Origin: Podarcis tiliguerta | Lineage: Eukaryota | DNA: 64,000 nucleotides | Direction: 5' to 3' (one strand) | Assembly: GCA_965153285.1 (NCBI GenBank) | Contig: OZ229116.1 | Shown here: in pieces, positions 1 through 13,989 of the stretch | How positions within the stretch are numbered: the first letter of the stretch is position 1 | Layout: the number at the start of each line of letters is the position of its first letter | Program-made: the position numbers and the translations under genes | Notes under the pieces: generated by a model | The model's database searches: none | Seen by the model: the letters and a program-made list of their open reading frames with translations, nothing else | Told to the model about the DNA's origin: nothing

Positions 1-494
1 CAGTCTGCTGATTTCCCCCCAGAGTAATTTCATCCAGTCAGACCCCATGAACCCATGTGATGACATCATAACATTAGACGCCAAGTAGATTAGACTACAT
101 GCTGGTATCACTGATGGATAAGAAAACTAATTTAGATTAAGGCCATTGATTCCTTGACTGGTCACATAGCCAAAGCCTATTCAGAACAGTGCTTCCTTTT
201 ATAGTGATTTCTGAAAGGTGTGGAGTAGAGCATCTTTCAACCCTGATGGAAGTGTTCACAAACTGCCACCCACTCCTCAGCCTGACCTTGGCCAAGATTG
301 CCAGAGCTATCTAGCTCGACCCTACCTGCCTTGAGATACCTTCCTTTACAAAAAGCAGCACTGAAGTCTAGCCCAGTTCCTTTTTGCCGCCACATATGGG
401 CCTGTTGGCAGCTCTACTACGTTCAGCTGTGCTGCTTTCAATGCATTTGCACACAGAACAGAGAGCAAATACTATCACAACAGACTCAACAATA

Positions 495-731
495 CAGTCG
501 TACCTTGGTTGTTGAACGGAATCCATTCCGGAAGTCCGTTTGACTTCCGAAAACATTCAACAACCAAGGCGCGGCTTCCAATTGGCTGTAGGAGCTTCCT
601 TCACTCATTTGGAAGCCGCATCGGACATTCAGCTTCCAAAGAACTTTCACAAAACTGTCACTTCTGTGTTTGTGGCATTCAGGAGCCAAAACGTTTGACT
701 CACAAGGTGTTCAGGATCCAAGGTACGACTG
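495..731. mobile_element. Tc1/mariner-pogo (Tigger-like) MITE
   Basis: Perfect 14-bp terminal inverted repeats (TIRs) CAGTCGTACCTTGG / CCAAGGTACGACTG, with TA on both flanks (493-494, 732-733). Confidence 0.9.
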
Positions 732-3700
732 TAATTGGAAGGTTCACGCAATCCACACACAGACACATACCATGTGGTGAAATATCAGGGAAGAGGCGCC
801 ATGCAGGCTAGCTCAGCCCCCTGTTCCCGCTGGCATGCACCACCTCCTGCTGCAATCAGACAAAGCAAAATTCTTCTCCACTGTTCATCCGTTCAGATGG
901 TGTGGTAAAGGACCCCCCCCCCCCAGATACTAATGTATGCAGGGGGGAGCTCTTCTGCACAGGGATGGGTGCTGAGTTAGTGAGGCTCCCTTTCCACAAG
1001 GAGGTACTTTTCCTACATCCCCTCACTACCTGGTGACAGCCTTTCCCCAGTGCACCCATACATGCAGACATTGGGGAGACATTTCTGATATACAGACAAC
1101 TCCCAATAGCTCCATCCAGCACGGCTATTGATCAGGAATGATCAGAGGAGCACAGGTTCACTGCCTCTGGATTAGACGACAAGTAATTGTTTATGGAGAA
1201 AACTTTTCTCTCTGTCACAAGAATTATGTGAAAGCTCAGTGATTATTAGCAAATTGTAATCCATTTGCTTCTTAGCTTGATTTTTTTTTCATGCAGTGCA
1301 AGCATGACAGCATCAATCCTCATTGAAATCAATGACAAGAGCTGTGTTGAATGGATTAAAACTGTAATTCGCCATTGTTCTGAGTTTGCGTGACTCAATT
1401 TTGCTTTCAGTTGGAGCTTCATTGACCCCATGCAGCATTTGCCAGCAAAGAACAGCCCTTTGAATTCATCTCTGGGGCATCAGAATGTGGCATCTAGTGG
1501 CAAGCACTGACAATGTGATGGGTTTTAAATTGGGTATTGAATTGAATTTTTAAATTGCACTTTAATTGTGTTCCAGTTTTTTTAATTATTTTGTTACAGT
1601 TTTTATTGTTTTATACTGTACTCTCTCCCCCCCCCCCCCATGTGAGCTGCCCAGAGACCTCTTGATCTATCCTGGCTTATAGACACGCAGCAAATAAGTT
1701 AATATATAAATAATGTAACAATGAGCATTTTTAATTAATAATAATAACAATAGTCTCCAATTACAGGTATCCATAGATGCCAGAAGAAGAGTTCTAAAAG
1801 TCTTTAAAAATCTCAAACTCTCTTGTGCCATGAGATTCGCACTAAGAGATTCACACTAAAACTCTGAATAGTGTAGGAGTTTTATGCGTTTGAGAAGCTG
1901 TCAAGAAACCTCTGAACCAAACATGTGATTTGCTTGTACATTACAGACTGGTTTATCTAAAGATCTCAAGGGACACCTGAAATGTTCAGATAAACAGTTT
2001 CAGATGAATGAGAAAGTGAGGTAGTGGCCTAGGAAAAGAGTGTACTTCAAGGTTCCAAGCCCCTGAGAGCACTAAAGAGATACCAGTGTCAATGCATTGC
2101 ATTCTGATTTTTGGAACCCTCTAGTATAAAGGTGCAAAGCTGCAACCTTTCACAGATCATTGACTAGTTCTTTTCTTTGAGCGGGCAGTGCTGCACTCCC
2201 CTTAACTAATCACACACTCAGGAAAATCTCACCTGACCATTTAAGGTTTATGCTCAGTTGAAGCTTTGTAAATTTGAAGCACTGAGAAATCAGTCAGCAA
2301 TTTTAAAACAGCCTAATCTCATGGCACATAACTAAATCTTGTAAAGACCAACTGACCTACACCCGTGAAAGGTCACTTAGGCATGCAAACAAAGTACACC
2401 AACCCCAATGCCACCCTCAAACGGATGAAATAGTATTGCAGAGCCATCTATAATCATAATTCTATGCTATTTACCAGAAAACATTCATTTCTCCCAAGAA
2501 ACACATGTCTGAAATCCCTTGGGAACTAAAATTGCTTGTGAGGGATCAGTTTGAGGGATCAGTTTGAGGCAGGGAAACCCCTGAAAGTGAAAGAGCGAAG
2601 CATCCCTTCCCTTTACCACATTATTCTACACAGCAAAATCTTTATAAACAAGAAGTAAGGGCTATCACGCTATTGCATGCAGTTGTGTATAACAGGTCAT
2701 TTAGCTGTAAATCATCAGAATCCTAAACTAATTTACACATAAGTATCTTTGATCTGTAGGAGAGCCATATACATTGCAGCACTTACAATTACTCTACAAA
2801 AACATGCTTCTGTAAGTCTATCCATGCAACTGAAGTTTTAAAAGCCAACTCAAGTTGGCTTTTTTAAAAAATATCCTCTCAGTAACTTTTGGCATGATTT
2901 GGCAGAATGTCTTATCAAGGGTTGAACAGAAAGAGGCTAGAGAAAGATTGTGGGGGGACTGGCTTTATTTTCATGGTAACTGTGTCCCTCTCTTAAGAAA
3001 CATAAACCATGGAAGCTGCAAGTTGGATCAGGACTGGGGAAGGAGAAACTGGGGGGTTTCATTAGGAAAACAGCCTCCTTCATCTCGATCTACATCTGCA
3101 TCATTCCCCTTCCATTGTGGCCTTTTCTTCAGAAAGAGGCATTGATCACTACTAAACATGCTATTTTAAATACACTATCAGTGTAACCTAAAACCATGAA
3201 AGAAAGAGGAGAGCTGATTATGATAAATAGCAGTAGACTTTGACAAGGTTTAGTCAGTTTTGAATTCTTTTAAATTCCTATTCAGGGCATTCTAAGCCCC
3301 TCTCATACAATGTATTCAAGCATGTTAGGTCACCCTCCATGAATTGGAGGAATAAGTTATGGAAAAATCAGGTTTTGTAAAATGTGTGGGGAGTAGCACT
3401 GGTGATGAAGATGCTCGTGGGGGTGGAGTTAATGTGCCTGTCTTCTCTCATCACATGTGGGTTTTAGAATGTCCGAATGGGGCTTATATGTTTACCCAAG
3501 GAAAGGGATACAAAGAACAAGGCAGAATTTGCAAATGAACCCCACAGTTCTCAGAATGGGGAGGCTTGAAATCAAGAAATTAGGTCCAAAATGGGATAGG
3601 CTGAAGGAACCATTTAAGGGACTGGAGGGCTCTGAAGAATGTGTGGTGGAGGCGGGGGGGGCAAGGGATTGACCCAGTAGAGGGGGTCAGAGATTTGTGG

Positions 3701-4689
3701 AGTTTGGCACTGTTTACAAGGCAGGAACCAGCGCAGTGGGAGAAGAAAGTCTCAGGGTAGTCTAAGATGGAGGGAGGAGTGCAGGATGTGGAAGAGGAAA
3801 AAGAGACTATGCCGGTGAGGGACAGGCTAATAGATTCCTCACTCCCACCCAGGAGGGGCTTGAAGATGGAAAAGCAAAGAGGGCTTCCATGTAAGCCTCA
3901 GGTTGCGCATTCACACCCTGTCAGATGAGGGTACATAAGATGGTGGGAGGTTGTGGTTCCCCTGTGGTTGCAACTGCTCCACAGGGCCCAGATTTGTGGA
4001 CATCTGTCTAAAGGCTAGAAGCAGGAGTGCTGGTTTGGGCCTGTGACCGTGGGTGCCCGGGGCTGTGGGCGCCCTGCAGTGTGTATGGCCCCGACACTGA
4101 AATTTGTGGATGCCCAGCCCCTTCATGGGGAATTTTGTGGGTGCTCAGGCATCCAGGGCCCCAGGGAGTCAGCACCTATGGCTAAAAGTTTGTGCATGTG
4201 TACCTGGAACACTGTGGAAACTGCTGCAAGTGTGTTCTTTTGTCAGTAAAGGATTAACTATTGGATGGGGGATGCCCAGGGCAGGCCCCCCATAAATTCT
4301 GTCATTCCTTTCACCCATCATAAAACATATTATTTATTGTTAGATCAAATTACCACTGTGTCAGATCCAATGTTTTACCTAAAGAAGCAATAGGGTGGGT
4401 TGTTTTTTTCATAGCTTGTTAACTGTGATATATAGAATATTTTCTTCTTCTTCTTAGAATAGACATTTCTTGCCCTAAAAGGGTGAAAACATAGAATCTC
4501 TTTTTTAAAGCTGTGGAAGCAAATACATTTGTTTGCTTAACAAGGCTGCTGCTGCTACAAATCTAACACATTTTAAATGCAGGAAATGAAGAAGGATGGC
4601 CTTCTGAGTTTATAAATGTACAAGTGCATATTTTCAATTTTCTTTACAAAGACATAAAACTTAAAGAAGAAATGTGGCTGATTGTGCTG

Positions 4690-5165
4690 NNNNNNNNNNN
4701 NNNNNNNNNNNNNNNNNNNNNNNNNNNNNNNNNNNNNNNNNNNNNNNNNNNNNNNNNNNNNNNNNNNNNNNNNNNNNNNNNNNNNNNNNNNNNNNNNNNN
4801 NNNNNNNNNNNNNNNNNNNNNNNNNNNNNNNNNNNNNNNNNNNNNNNNNNNNNNNNNNNNNNNNNNNNNNNNNNNNNNNNNNNNNNNNNNNNNNNNNNNN
4901 NNNNNNNNNNNNNNNNNNNNNNNNNNNNNNNNNNNNNNNNNNNNNNNNNNNNNNNNNNNNNNNNNNNNNNNNNNNNNNNNNNNNNNNNNNNNNNNNNNNN
5001 NNNNNNNNNNNNNNNNNNNNNNNNNNNNNNNNNNNNNNNNNNNNNNNNNNNNNNNNNNNNNNNNNNNNNNNNNNNNNNNNNNNNNNNNNNNNNNNNNNNN
5101 NNNNNNNNNNNNNNNNNNNNNNNNNNNNNNNNNNNNNNNNNNNNNNNNNNNNNNNNNNNNNNNNN
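4690..5165. other. N-block, 476 bp
   Basis: Run of N. Confidence 0.99.
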
Positions 5166-5610
5166 GTCTGTGGCACTGACAGGGGATACTGGAACAAAGC
5201 AAGTAATTCAGTGAGCATTCTTGTAATTATAAGCCAACCACAAGGTTATTTCAATGGTGAAAATATTTACTGTCTTGTTGTTAGAAGTGGCTACATTGCA
5301 CTAGTGAAAGCACCAACTAAACAGTTTGCTTCTAAAATGTCAGGCAAAATGTAACAACAGCCCAGGGATAAAACATCACCTGGATCGTTAAGAAGTGTTA
5401 TTTGTGTGCTTGTATTTTTGTGTGTATGTGTCTGCGCATTCACACAGATACATGCAATTTGAAAGGTCACAACCAGCATTTTGAACATTAGCTATCCGAA
5501 TAAATGTATCACTTCACTTCCATTGGTCACATTCATTTTTGTGCTAAAAGGTAGCATAATCAGTACATTTTTATCAAGCTCAAAGTTGTTAGAAACTAAC
5601 GTTTAAAAAG

Positions 5611-5733
5611 TAGGGGGTGGATCCAGAACATTAGGGTGAATATAGGTCCAATTGAGAGCAATGTGAAAAGTTAGGATTCTTGTGGGTTCATGTAGGATTA
5701 ATTTGCAATTAATTTGCTCTGGATCCACTCCTA
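5611..5733. mobile_element. Short degenerate MITE (Harbinger- or hAT-like)
   Basis: Inverted ends TAGGGGGTGGATCCAGA ... TCTGGATCCACTCCTA. Confidence 0.45.
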
Positions 5734-7915
5734 GGCGTGGATACGAAGCATAATTTTATTAGGCTATCTTTAATGCTTAGTCATTTCTTGTCACATATAT
5801 TTCGCAAGAAAAGAAGTTATGCATGCATTATATATTTAAATATTTTGACTGAGGGTTTTTTAAGGCAAGATTAAATAATTCCTGAACCACTCCTTAAATC
5901 ACACAAAAATGTATTAGTCGCATGAGTCGTAAGTGTTCTGCAGGCTCTGTAATACCAAACTCCAGCCTCTTCCAGTAATTTTCCTGACTACATTACATTG
6001 ATAAAATTACCTTTTTCTTGGCCCAGTTAGCGTGCCGTAGGAGTATTCAAGTTTTCCAGTTTGCTGGGTAATTAAATACCCTCTGCTAAGAAGTTGAATT
6101 GCTGTGAATAAACTAATAGCATTACTATGAGTTGTAAACTAATAGTGTTGTTGATTCCTTTAATTCCAGAGTAATTAATTCTACCAGTGGACACAGAACA
6201 TAGCCACTTTTTAAGGCAACAGAAATGTAACTGTCACCCATGGAGCGATTCTTAGAATAATTCTAAAGCTTATCTATCAGTGAGTCACCCAGAGGACTTA
6301 GTCTGACTCAGATTATCCTTTATTTTAATATATTTACAATGGTAAGAATTATTCAAAAATATACCCCATTGATAAAAAGAAGGAAAGAAAAGGTTTTGAC
6401 TATTAATAATTACCACTGAGACAATAGTATCATCACAAGCATCATTTGATCATGTGGGTATCGCATGGCACCTTGAAGTGCTGTATGTTCTAATAAATGC
6501 ACAAGGGGAAAGTTTGACAGTTGTATGTCCAGAGTATAATGGAGGTTATGCTCTTGTCATGATGTTTTGTTCGTGTGAAATGAGTTCCCATCTTGCTGTG
6601 TTCTTTATCGTTGAAAACCGAAGCATTCTTCTTGTCGATTTCCAACCTTTTCCATCTATTGTTCTGTTTTTTGTTTTTTTAAGATCATATTTGTCAAGTA
6701 GGAAGACAATAATTGGCAACTACTTCTAGGAGGGTTTTTTCAGGGCTGAGGAGGGTATTTGTTGTTGTTAATCCTTAATTCTGCATCTGCATTTTATCAG
6801 CTGTACTAGGCAGCAGCAGATGGGCATAAACATTGTTGGGCACATTATGCGTACATGATTATATTGCTTCTGGAAGACTATTTTAATGTAAACTGAAAAA
6901 TTGTTTGCAGAATTTTGTCAGAAACCCAAAGAAATATTTCAAATCTGAAGTTGTTATGCTTGAGTACGTACTTTTTTGGAGCATTTTGCTTCAGTATCAT
7001 ATATATAACGCATTGCACTCAGAGAAGTTTGCAATGAAAGTGTACCTGCTTCACAGATGTATTAGTTATAAAATACAATTCAGCATTTTTCAAAGTTCCT
7101 TAAGGGGATTCTATAACTGACACCTTGTAAATATTGCAGATTCAACAGGTTGAAATATGTAAGAAGAGTGAAAATGGGCTTGATGTGTACATGATTGAGG
7201 TGTAGCCCAAATAATACATAGGGAAACAAAGCTAAGTGAAGGGTGAAGGATGCTTCTTTCACAGAATCTGTTATGCTTTCAATTTTGTGCAGTATGCTAA
7301 CTTACAGGTTCCCATTTGATATATCTCATACATAAGACATATTCAAGTGGGTACCTGGACACCACCAAGTGAGTTTTGTTGTGCTCCAAACACTTGAAAA
7401 GGCAGAAACCAATTGGAGCATAACAACATCCAACTTGCGGAGTCTCACCACCTCCCAGAAACACCAGTGGTACCTTCTTGCCTTTTATGATAAATAAATA
7501 ACAGGTTTTGGCTGTAATCCACAAAACTCCATGACTAGCTGCACAGATCCTCTCCTTCTTTAAGCACACCCCACCTCATACAATGCTATTTTGACTCACC
7601 TGCCAACCCATAACGTTGTAATTTCATCACATAAAAGTGGGATGTTTTAGACAGATTCTCTTCTAACCATTAAGATGTGTTCCAGTAACAATACTGGAAT
7701 ACTGGTAGTGTGGCAGTAGTGCGGAAACTGAGTAGTCAAATCCCTACGCTTGCTTTACTCACTTTAGAATTTGAAAAGCTAGCTCCCCCTTGTGCTTTTC
7801 CTTTGTGTACGTTCATACAAACTGGAAAATGATTGCATTAAAAAACACACACATCATAGTTCCTGTCAAAATGGGCCACATCCTCTTTGTTCCTTCTATT
7901 CATGTGTGGAGTGGG

Positions 7916-8223
7916 NNNNNNNNNNNNNNNNNNNNNNNNNNNNNNNNNNNNNNNNNNNNNNNNNNNNNNNNNNNNNNNNNNNNNNNNNNNNNNNNNNNNN
8001 NNNNNNNNNNNNNNNNNNNNNNNNNNNNNNNNNNNNNNNNNNNNNNNTTTAACAGTTTTAGTTAAATTCCCATGACACTCTTANNNNNNNNNNNNNNNNN
8101 NNNNNNNNNNNNNNNNNNNNNNNNNNNNNNNNNNNNNNNNNNNNNNNNNNNNNNNNNNNNNNNNNNNNNNNNNNNNNNNNNNNNNNNNNNNNNNNNNNNN
8201 NNNNNNNNNNNNNNNNNNNNNNN
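7916..8223. other. Two N-blocks (7916-8047, 132 bp; 8084-8223, 140 bp) separated by 36 called bases
   Basis: Runs of N. Confidence 0.99.
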
Positions 8224-9948
8224 CTCCTGCTCCCTCAATCTGCCCCCACCCCTTTTTTCTGGCACAATAATATTAGATGGAGATATTACTTTCCATAGTG
8301 TTCTGTGCCATCTTTTATTGTTAGAATAAGTGGTGTGAAAGTGAAACAAGGCAACGAAATAAAATAAAAAGGCCTTTACTTTGATTCAGTATACGATGAA
8401 GTCTTCCCCTTAATGGGCTCCTGGGAGATACTGGTTGTAATTCATGTTGCTAAATTAAAGCAACCCATACTAATTTGGAACGGTGAGATCAGGATACATC
8501 ATTATGTAGATCAAACATGGGGGAAGCTAATGAATTAGGTTGCTCCCCTCCCCTCTATATTTGGGCACTCTTCCCTAGCTTTTTAGAGCCTTTCTGCTTC
8601 AGAGAAGAGGACATTGGGCACCTGTTGGTCTCTTTTGTGAAAATCAGATATTTAGATATTGTGAGGAAGGAAGCCATAGTCAGCCAAGTCAGATCAAGGA
8701 AGAATCTAGGGAACTACCATGAGTCCAAAATGCTGAGTTCCAAATGACTTACTCAGACCCACAATTTCCACCATTTTGTTTGATCTTCAGGGAAACCTGT
8801 GCAGCCCATGTAGTTAGGCAGTCAAGCAGGGCTACCTTGAAGACTCAATTCATGGCCGAAAGCTAGGTTTCTCAACTTTAAGATCCCTTGCATTAGAAAT
8901 ATGGCTGCATAATTAACTTGAATTGTCCCATTCATGATGAGCAACACTAATGGGAAGTTGGCGCTCCCATGCTGTATTTTGCAGAACTCAATTGCCCATT
9001 TATTATATCAGCAATAAAGCCATCATCTCTATTATTCATATAAGTATTAGAACTGCACTGAAGGAATATAGCCAAATCTGATTAGCTGTGTAGTCTGCTG
9101 ACACCATCCTAAGATCTGTTGAGGCATTGGTATCCATGTTATTAAATGGGTGAAAGGAATAATGAGAACTTATGAGCTAGCCCTATTGCCTTGGATTCAC
9201 TCACCAGCCACATACCTGGATGTTTGGCCTCTGTCTGAATGAATCCTGCACAAATATTTGCACACATAGGGCTTCTTTAAGAGGGATGCACATTCCAGTT
9301 GACTAAGGTTCCTGTTCCCATGGCTCTCCCAATGGATCAGAAGAGGGGTGGAGTCAGCATACATATTGGTGTCCAGGGGCTAATTAAAGGGACCTGAAGT
9401 GCTTCTTCCAATCCAAAAATCACATGGAAGAGCATTCAGAACAACCATAGGAAACAATTTCTTTCTTTTCGGTCATAGTTACTATTTGTCACAAGTCAGT
9501 TTCTAGCTAGCATTCACACCTTTCCCTCATTTAATCTTTTTTCATTGCTTTTATGTGGGGAGGAATTGTGTAAATTCAGGACATGATCCAGCCATTGATT
9601 TTTTTGCAGGGATTTCAGCTTGGGCTTAACTTTCTCAACAAAATCAGTAGGGCTCAAACGTGTTTGCATTTGGCTGGATTGTGCCCTCAGTTAATATCAT
9701 GTGGGGCATGTTTCCATGTGTATTTTACTTTCTGGTTGGTTGGTCCACCTATAAGATCCTACATTTCAGCAGTGAAAAGCTGTGTGTGTGAATGAAGGCT
9801 CATCCTCTCCCCCACCCCAATCTATCATGTTAAAACCATTAGGCCTGGATTTAATAGAGTCTTTTTAATTGTTGTGTTATAGGTACCATTGGCACCTCTC
9901 CCTTTTTTTTATCCCTCTCCCTCTCTCCCCTTATTTCTCTCTATCACT

Positions 9949-10096
9949 NNNNNNNNNNNNNNNNNNNNNNNNNNNNNNNNNNNNNNNNNNNNNNNNNNNN
10001 NNNNNNNNNNNNNNNNNNNNNNNNNNNNNNNNNNNNNNNNNNNNNNNNNNNNNNNNNNNNNNNNNNNNNNNNNNNNNNNNNNNNNNNNNNNNNNNN
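9949..10096. other. N-block, 148 bp
   Basis: Run of N. Confidence 0.99.
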
Positions 10097-12087
10097 GGGT
10101 TATCTTTATTTTTCCAAATTGTGATCACCTGAACTGAGCATTAGTACTCTTTTCTTTTCATAATCCTTTCAGAAATAGCTGGGACAGGCCATTGTCCACC
10201 CACACAGAATGTTTATCTGTGAATATTTTTTACGGTTTGGACATTTGGCAGGCTGGCTGTTTTTGAGAGTGGAAGATGAACTCCATTGAGATGCCATCAA
10301 CAACCGTATGGCCACTGAGACAGCTTGCGAGCCACCACATAATGGTTTGAGCTTCTGGCATGTCTCACTGTCAGAAAGCATTTTTTTTCTCTGGACACAA
10401 CAGAAGACCCAAGCAGTAATAGACGCTGTATCAAGATCTGTCTGCACATGAAGTCCACATGAAATAAAGTCTTGAATGGTGGCTGCTCCACACAGTGGCA
10501 GTAATATGCATAACGGTGCACTGAATGCATCACCTCCCAGTTCACCTCTACACAACTGGACAGCCACTTCTGACATAATTTCTCTGTGTGTATGCCAGAT
10601 CCCTTGAAAAGATTATTTCAGCTCACTGGAACACTTAACTCATTTTCATTCACAAAGGCCGACCTGACTAGTGAGGAAGAATATAAAACATTGTTGTGAT
10701 ATGCACTCATTGAAAGGTTTGTTGATCTTTTCAATAGCTGGGGGGGGGGGGCAAGAAGGTGGAGGCACAACAATGGAGATACCTGATATAGAAAACCATA
10801 AAACCCACAGGAAAAAAATTTGGTTTTCATTATGAAGACTGAACAAATTAAAAAGTCTGTTAGAGCAATTAGTAAACAGAAAATATCTGTGAAATTCATT
10901 GAATAAATTGTTCCCTTATGAGTTCTTCACCCTGCTACATACAGAAAATAAATATCCTGACTACTTGCAGAAAAATGCACATTCTTTCAGATTAGGATAC
11001 ACTATCAAAATTACAGCAACATAGATAGTTACTGTAAAACATAGGGTTTTTTATTTTCAGTTGTGTATAAACACAATTACAAAGCGTCCCCACCCCACCC
11101 CAACTTCCCCGCCTCCTCCCCTAGGACAGATCAGTTGATTAAGTTTTGCCAAAGTCCAGTTTGTGATTTCGGTGGATGCCCAGGAGATGGGGAAATCCAA
11201 AGCCTAATTGGGCCTGGCTTTTGGCTGAATCACTCAAACACATTGTGTCCTCTGTAATCTGGGGAAACCTTTCACATTTTTAACAGAACCCTACAGTTGT
11301 TTGTACACTGTACAGAAACATTGCGAGTGGTCTTCCAGTGATTAAAGTTGCTTTTTCCTTTAATAACTGTTAAGAAACAGGAAATGCAATTTCCTCACAC
11401 CTTTCCCGAAGCCAAGTTCTTTGAGGAGTTCCCTACTGTATATTCCTTCATCAACATGGCATTCATCAAGGGGCCCACACAGACTCCATTAAAATTAGCT
11501 GAGCTCCACTTTAGTGACAAGGAGCTGCCTTTTCCCCAGAGGTGTATAGTGGTTTTGCGTTGTTTCCTATCGGAGCAAAATCATGTCTTTAATTGCGGGA
11601 AATATTTCACTATCTTTTATTGACCAACCATTAACTTATGGAGCTATGAAGCCATTTTTGCACAACATTTTCCACGGCTGCGTGTGTCCCTCAGCAACCA
11701 CCTTTGCAACCGCTACTACATAGGTAGAGGTTGTATACAGTCCCTTTGTACAATACTGACTTGATAAATGCAACCTGGAAAGAGATGAAAAGGGTCTGGA
11801 AGGTTTGCCCTTATGCAAGTGAACTTTCAGGGAGGAGCCACCCGAGGTGGGACTTTGCTCCTTTGCCATTTATCACTACCGACATAACAAGGACACAGGA
11901 GCCCCTATGATTTATACTGATTCCTCTTCGGATGCACTCAGAAACCCTTGGCATGTGTCACAGCTGGAACAGGTGGTACAAACTGTATATCTGCTATAAT
12001 TTGAAGCTGCTCTAGATGCCACTATATTAAGGCTTTAGTAGCAGAGCTGGATTAATTTACACAGAGTGCTTCCGTTCTGCTGCCTGT

Positions 12088-12216
12088 GTTGGCCTCGGGT
12101 GTTAAGATCAGCAGACAGATGGGGCCCTCCTGGGTGTTCCACCGCCCCCAGAATTTGGAGGGAGGTGGCATGGGAGAGGGCATTCTCTGTGGCAGCCCCT
12201 AAGTGGTGGAATTCTC
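12088..12216 (+). mobile_element. L2-clade LINE ORF2 C-terminal fragment
   Basis: Reads PRVLRSAD...ERAFSVAAPKWWNS, matching the R-x-LRS...RAFSVAAPxLWNSLP motif at the end of L2-type ORF2. Confidence 0.7.
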
Positions 12217-13954
12217 ATAGAGGTGCATCTGACATAGTGTGCTGCAGAGAGGTGGTCACCTGACCTGGTTGATCACATTGCTACTGCTTACTGGGAGATA
12301 GGGTGGGGATTGAGGAGATGGCCAAAGCTGATGCAGTTCAAACACACCAACCTCTTACTGGCAAACTGCTGTGTTGGCTATCAGCCAGAGGTTAGATGAG
12401 AGCACTGCTGCCACACCACTGCTCTGTCTGCTACTGATTGGCCTCTTTGGCCAAGTTTAAACTGTGTTCTTTGCTCCTAAAATGTGGGTGGGGGGGTGGA
12501 GTTGATGCTTTGACCCAGCTCTAGCCCACATGCATGTAAATATACACACAACAGCACATCTAAAATCTGTGGTCATTATTGTGATCATTGCTGGCTACGG
12601 ATATCTTAAAGAAAAACAAAACCTGCAAAGGGATAAACTAAGCGTTAAACTGCAGCTTTTGAGAGCAGCATTATAGGGAGAGAATGAGAATGATGTTATT
12701 ATTTTTCCTCCTCCTTTGTCACTTCTGTCCTTTTATGCATGTTTCTGTTACATCTAGCAAGAGGCCACTGTCATGAGAGAAACAGTAAAAAAAAAAAATC
12801 CTGAGTATAGTGAAATAATTTAGCTGATAATTCCCTACTGTATAATTTTCTACGCTTCCTGCTAGCTGACCTTGTGGGCTCTTGTCAGGTTGCTAAGGGA
12901 AATCCAGCGGGGCTCCTGATCTGCTCTCCTATTTTTAAAGAAGTATTACAGAGCAAGGGAGGATGTTTATGTCAGCTTAATGATGCACATATTTGATCAA
13001 ATGGCATTCTGTAACTTCATGTTTTAATGTTAGTGAAAGCTGAGCAAGACATGGCTCCTCTTCCCCCTCCCAAATTTATCACATTCAATTCTGATCTTGT
13101 CAGGTATGGTCAGGAAAAATGGGAATTAATTGAAGTATTAATAAGGTAAAAATATTCTTCACAAAGAGATAGAAAATCTCTTGAGACAGATCACAGTGAC
13201 TGTAGATTTCATAGCAAAGGTCCCAATCCAATGTGAGAATCTTTATTTATCATTTTGGGAAAAGCTATATCATTCGTCATCTTGTTCATCCTCACAAGAA
13301 CTTGAAGTAACTTGCTAAAATTCCCATCTTACTGATGGAAAACTAATGCAAATTTGGAAAGATAAAAATTTGAAACAGACTGAACTGGCTCTCAGAGAAT
13401 TATGGATTTGTCCAGGAAATAGACATGGGGCACCTCACATCCAAACCTTTAACCATACCCTCAGCCTGCTTTGTGATTCATTAATAATGTTGAATGGTAT
13501 GGATGGAAGGCTGTGTAATTCATTCATTTATTTACCCTAAAGTTCTCGGGGCAGGTTATAACATTAAAGCATAACACTAAAAATAATTTAAAACAACCTA
13601 AAACCATAAAAATATGGTAAATTCTAATTCCATGTACAGTGGCAGGAACTTCCATCAGAAATGCACCAATTAGATTCTTCTGTGTACTAGAAGCAATTTT
13701 TTTGTTTACACAAGTGATAACAGTGGCCAGAGTTTCTTTTATTGGGATTAATACTGTTTTGTTAGGTTGCTTGGAATGCTTTGCCTCCTTTTTGGTTGAG
13801 ATGTCTGTTTTATTATTAATCATTTATTTGAAGTGTTTTACCTGTTTTATTATATATTATTTCTTTGAGGTGTTTTGTCTGTTTTATTGTTTCTGGTTGG
13901 TATAGGTTTTTGTGTGTGCGCGCGTGTATGCTTGCTTTTTCTTTTGGGGGGGGG

Positions 13955-13955
<1 letters not shown>

Positions 13956-13986
<31 letters not shown>
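13956..13986. repeat. (TG)n microsatellite
   Basis: Read directly; preceded by a poly-G run. Confidence 0.95.
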
Positions 13987-13989
<3 letters not shown>

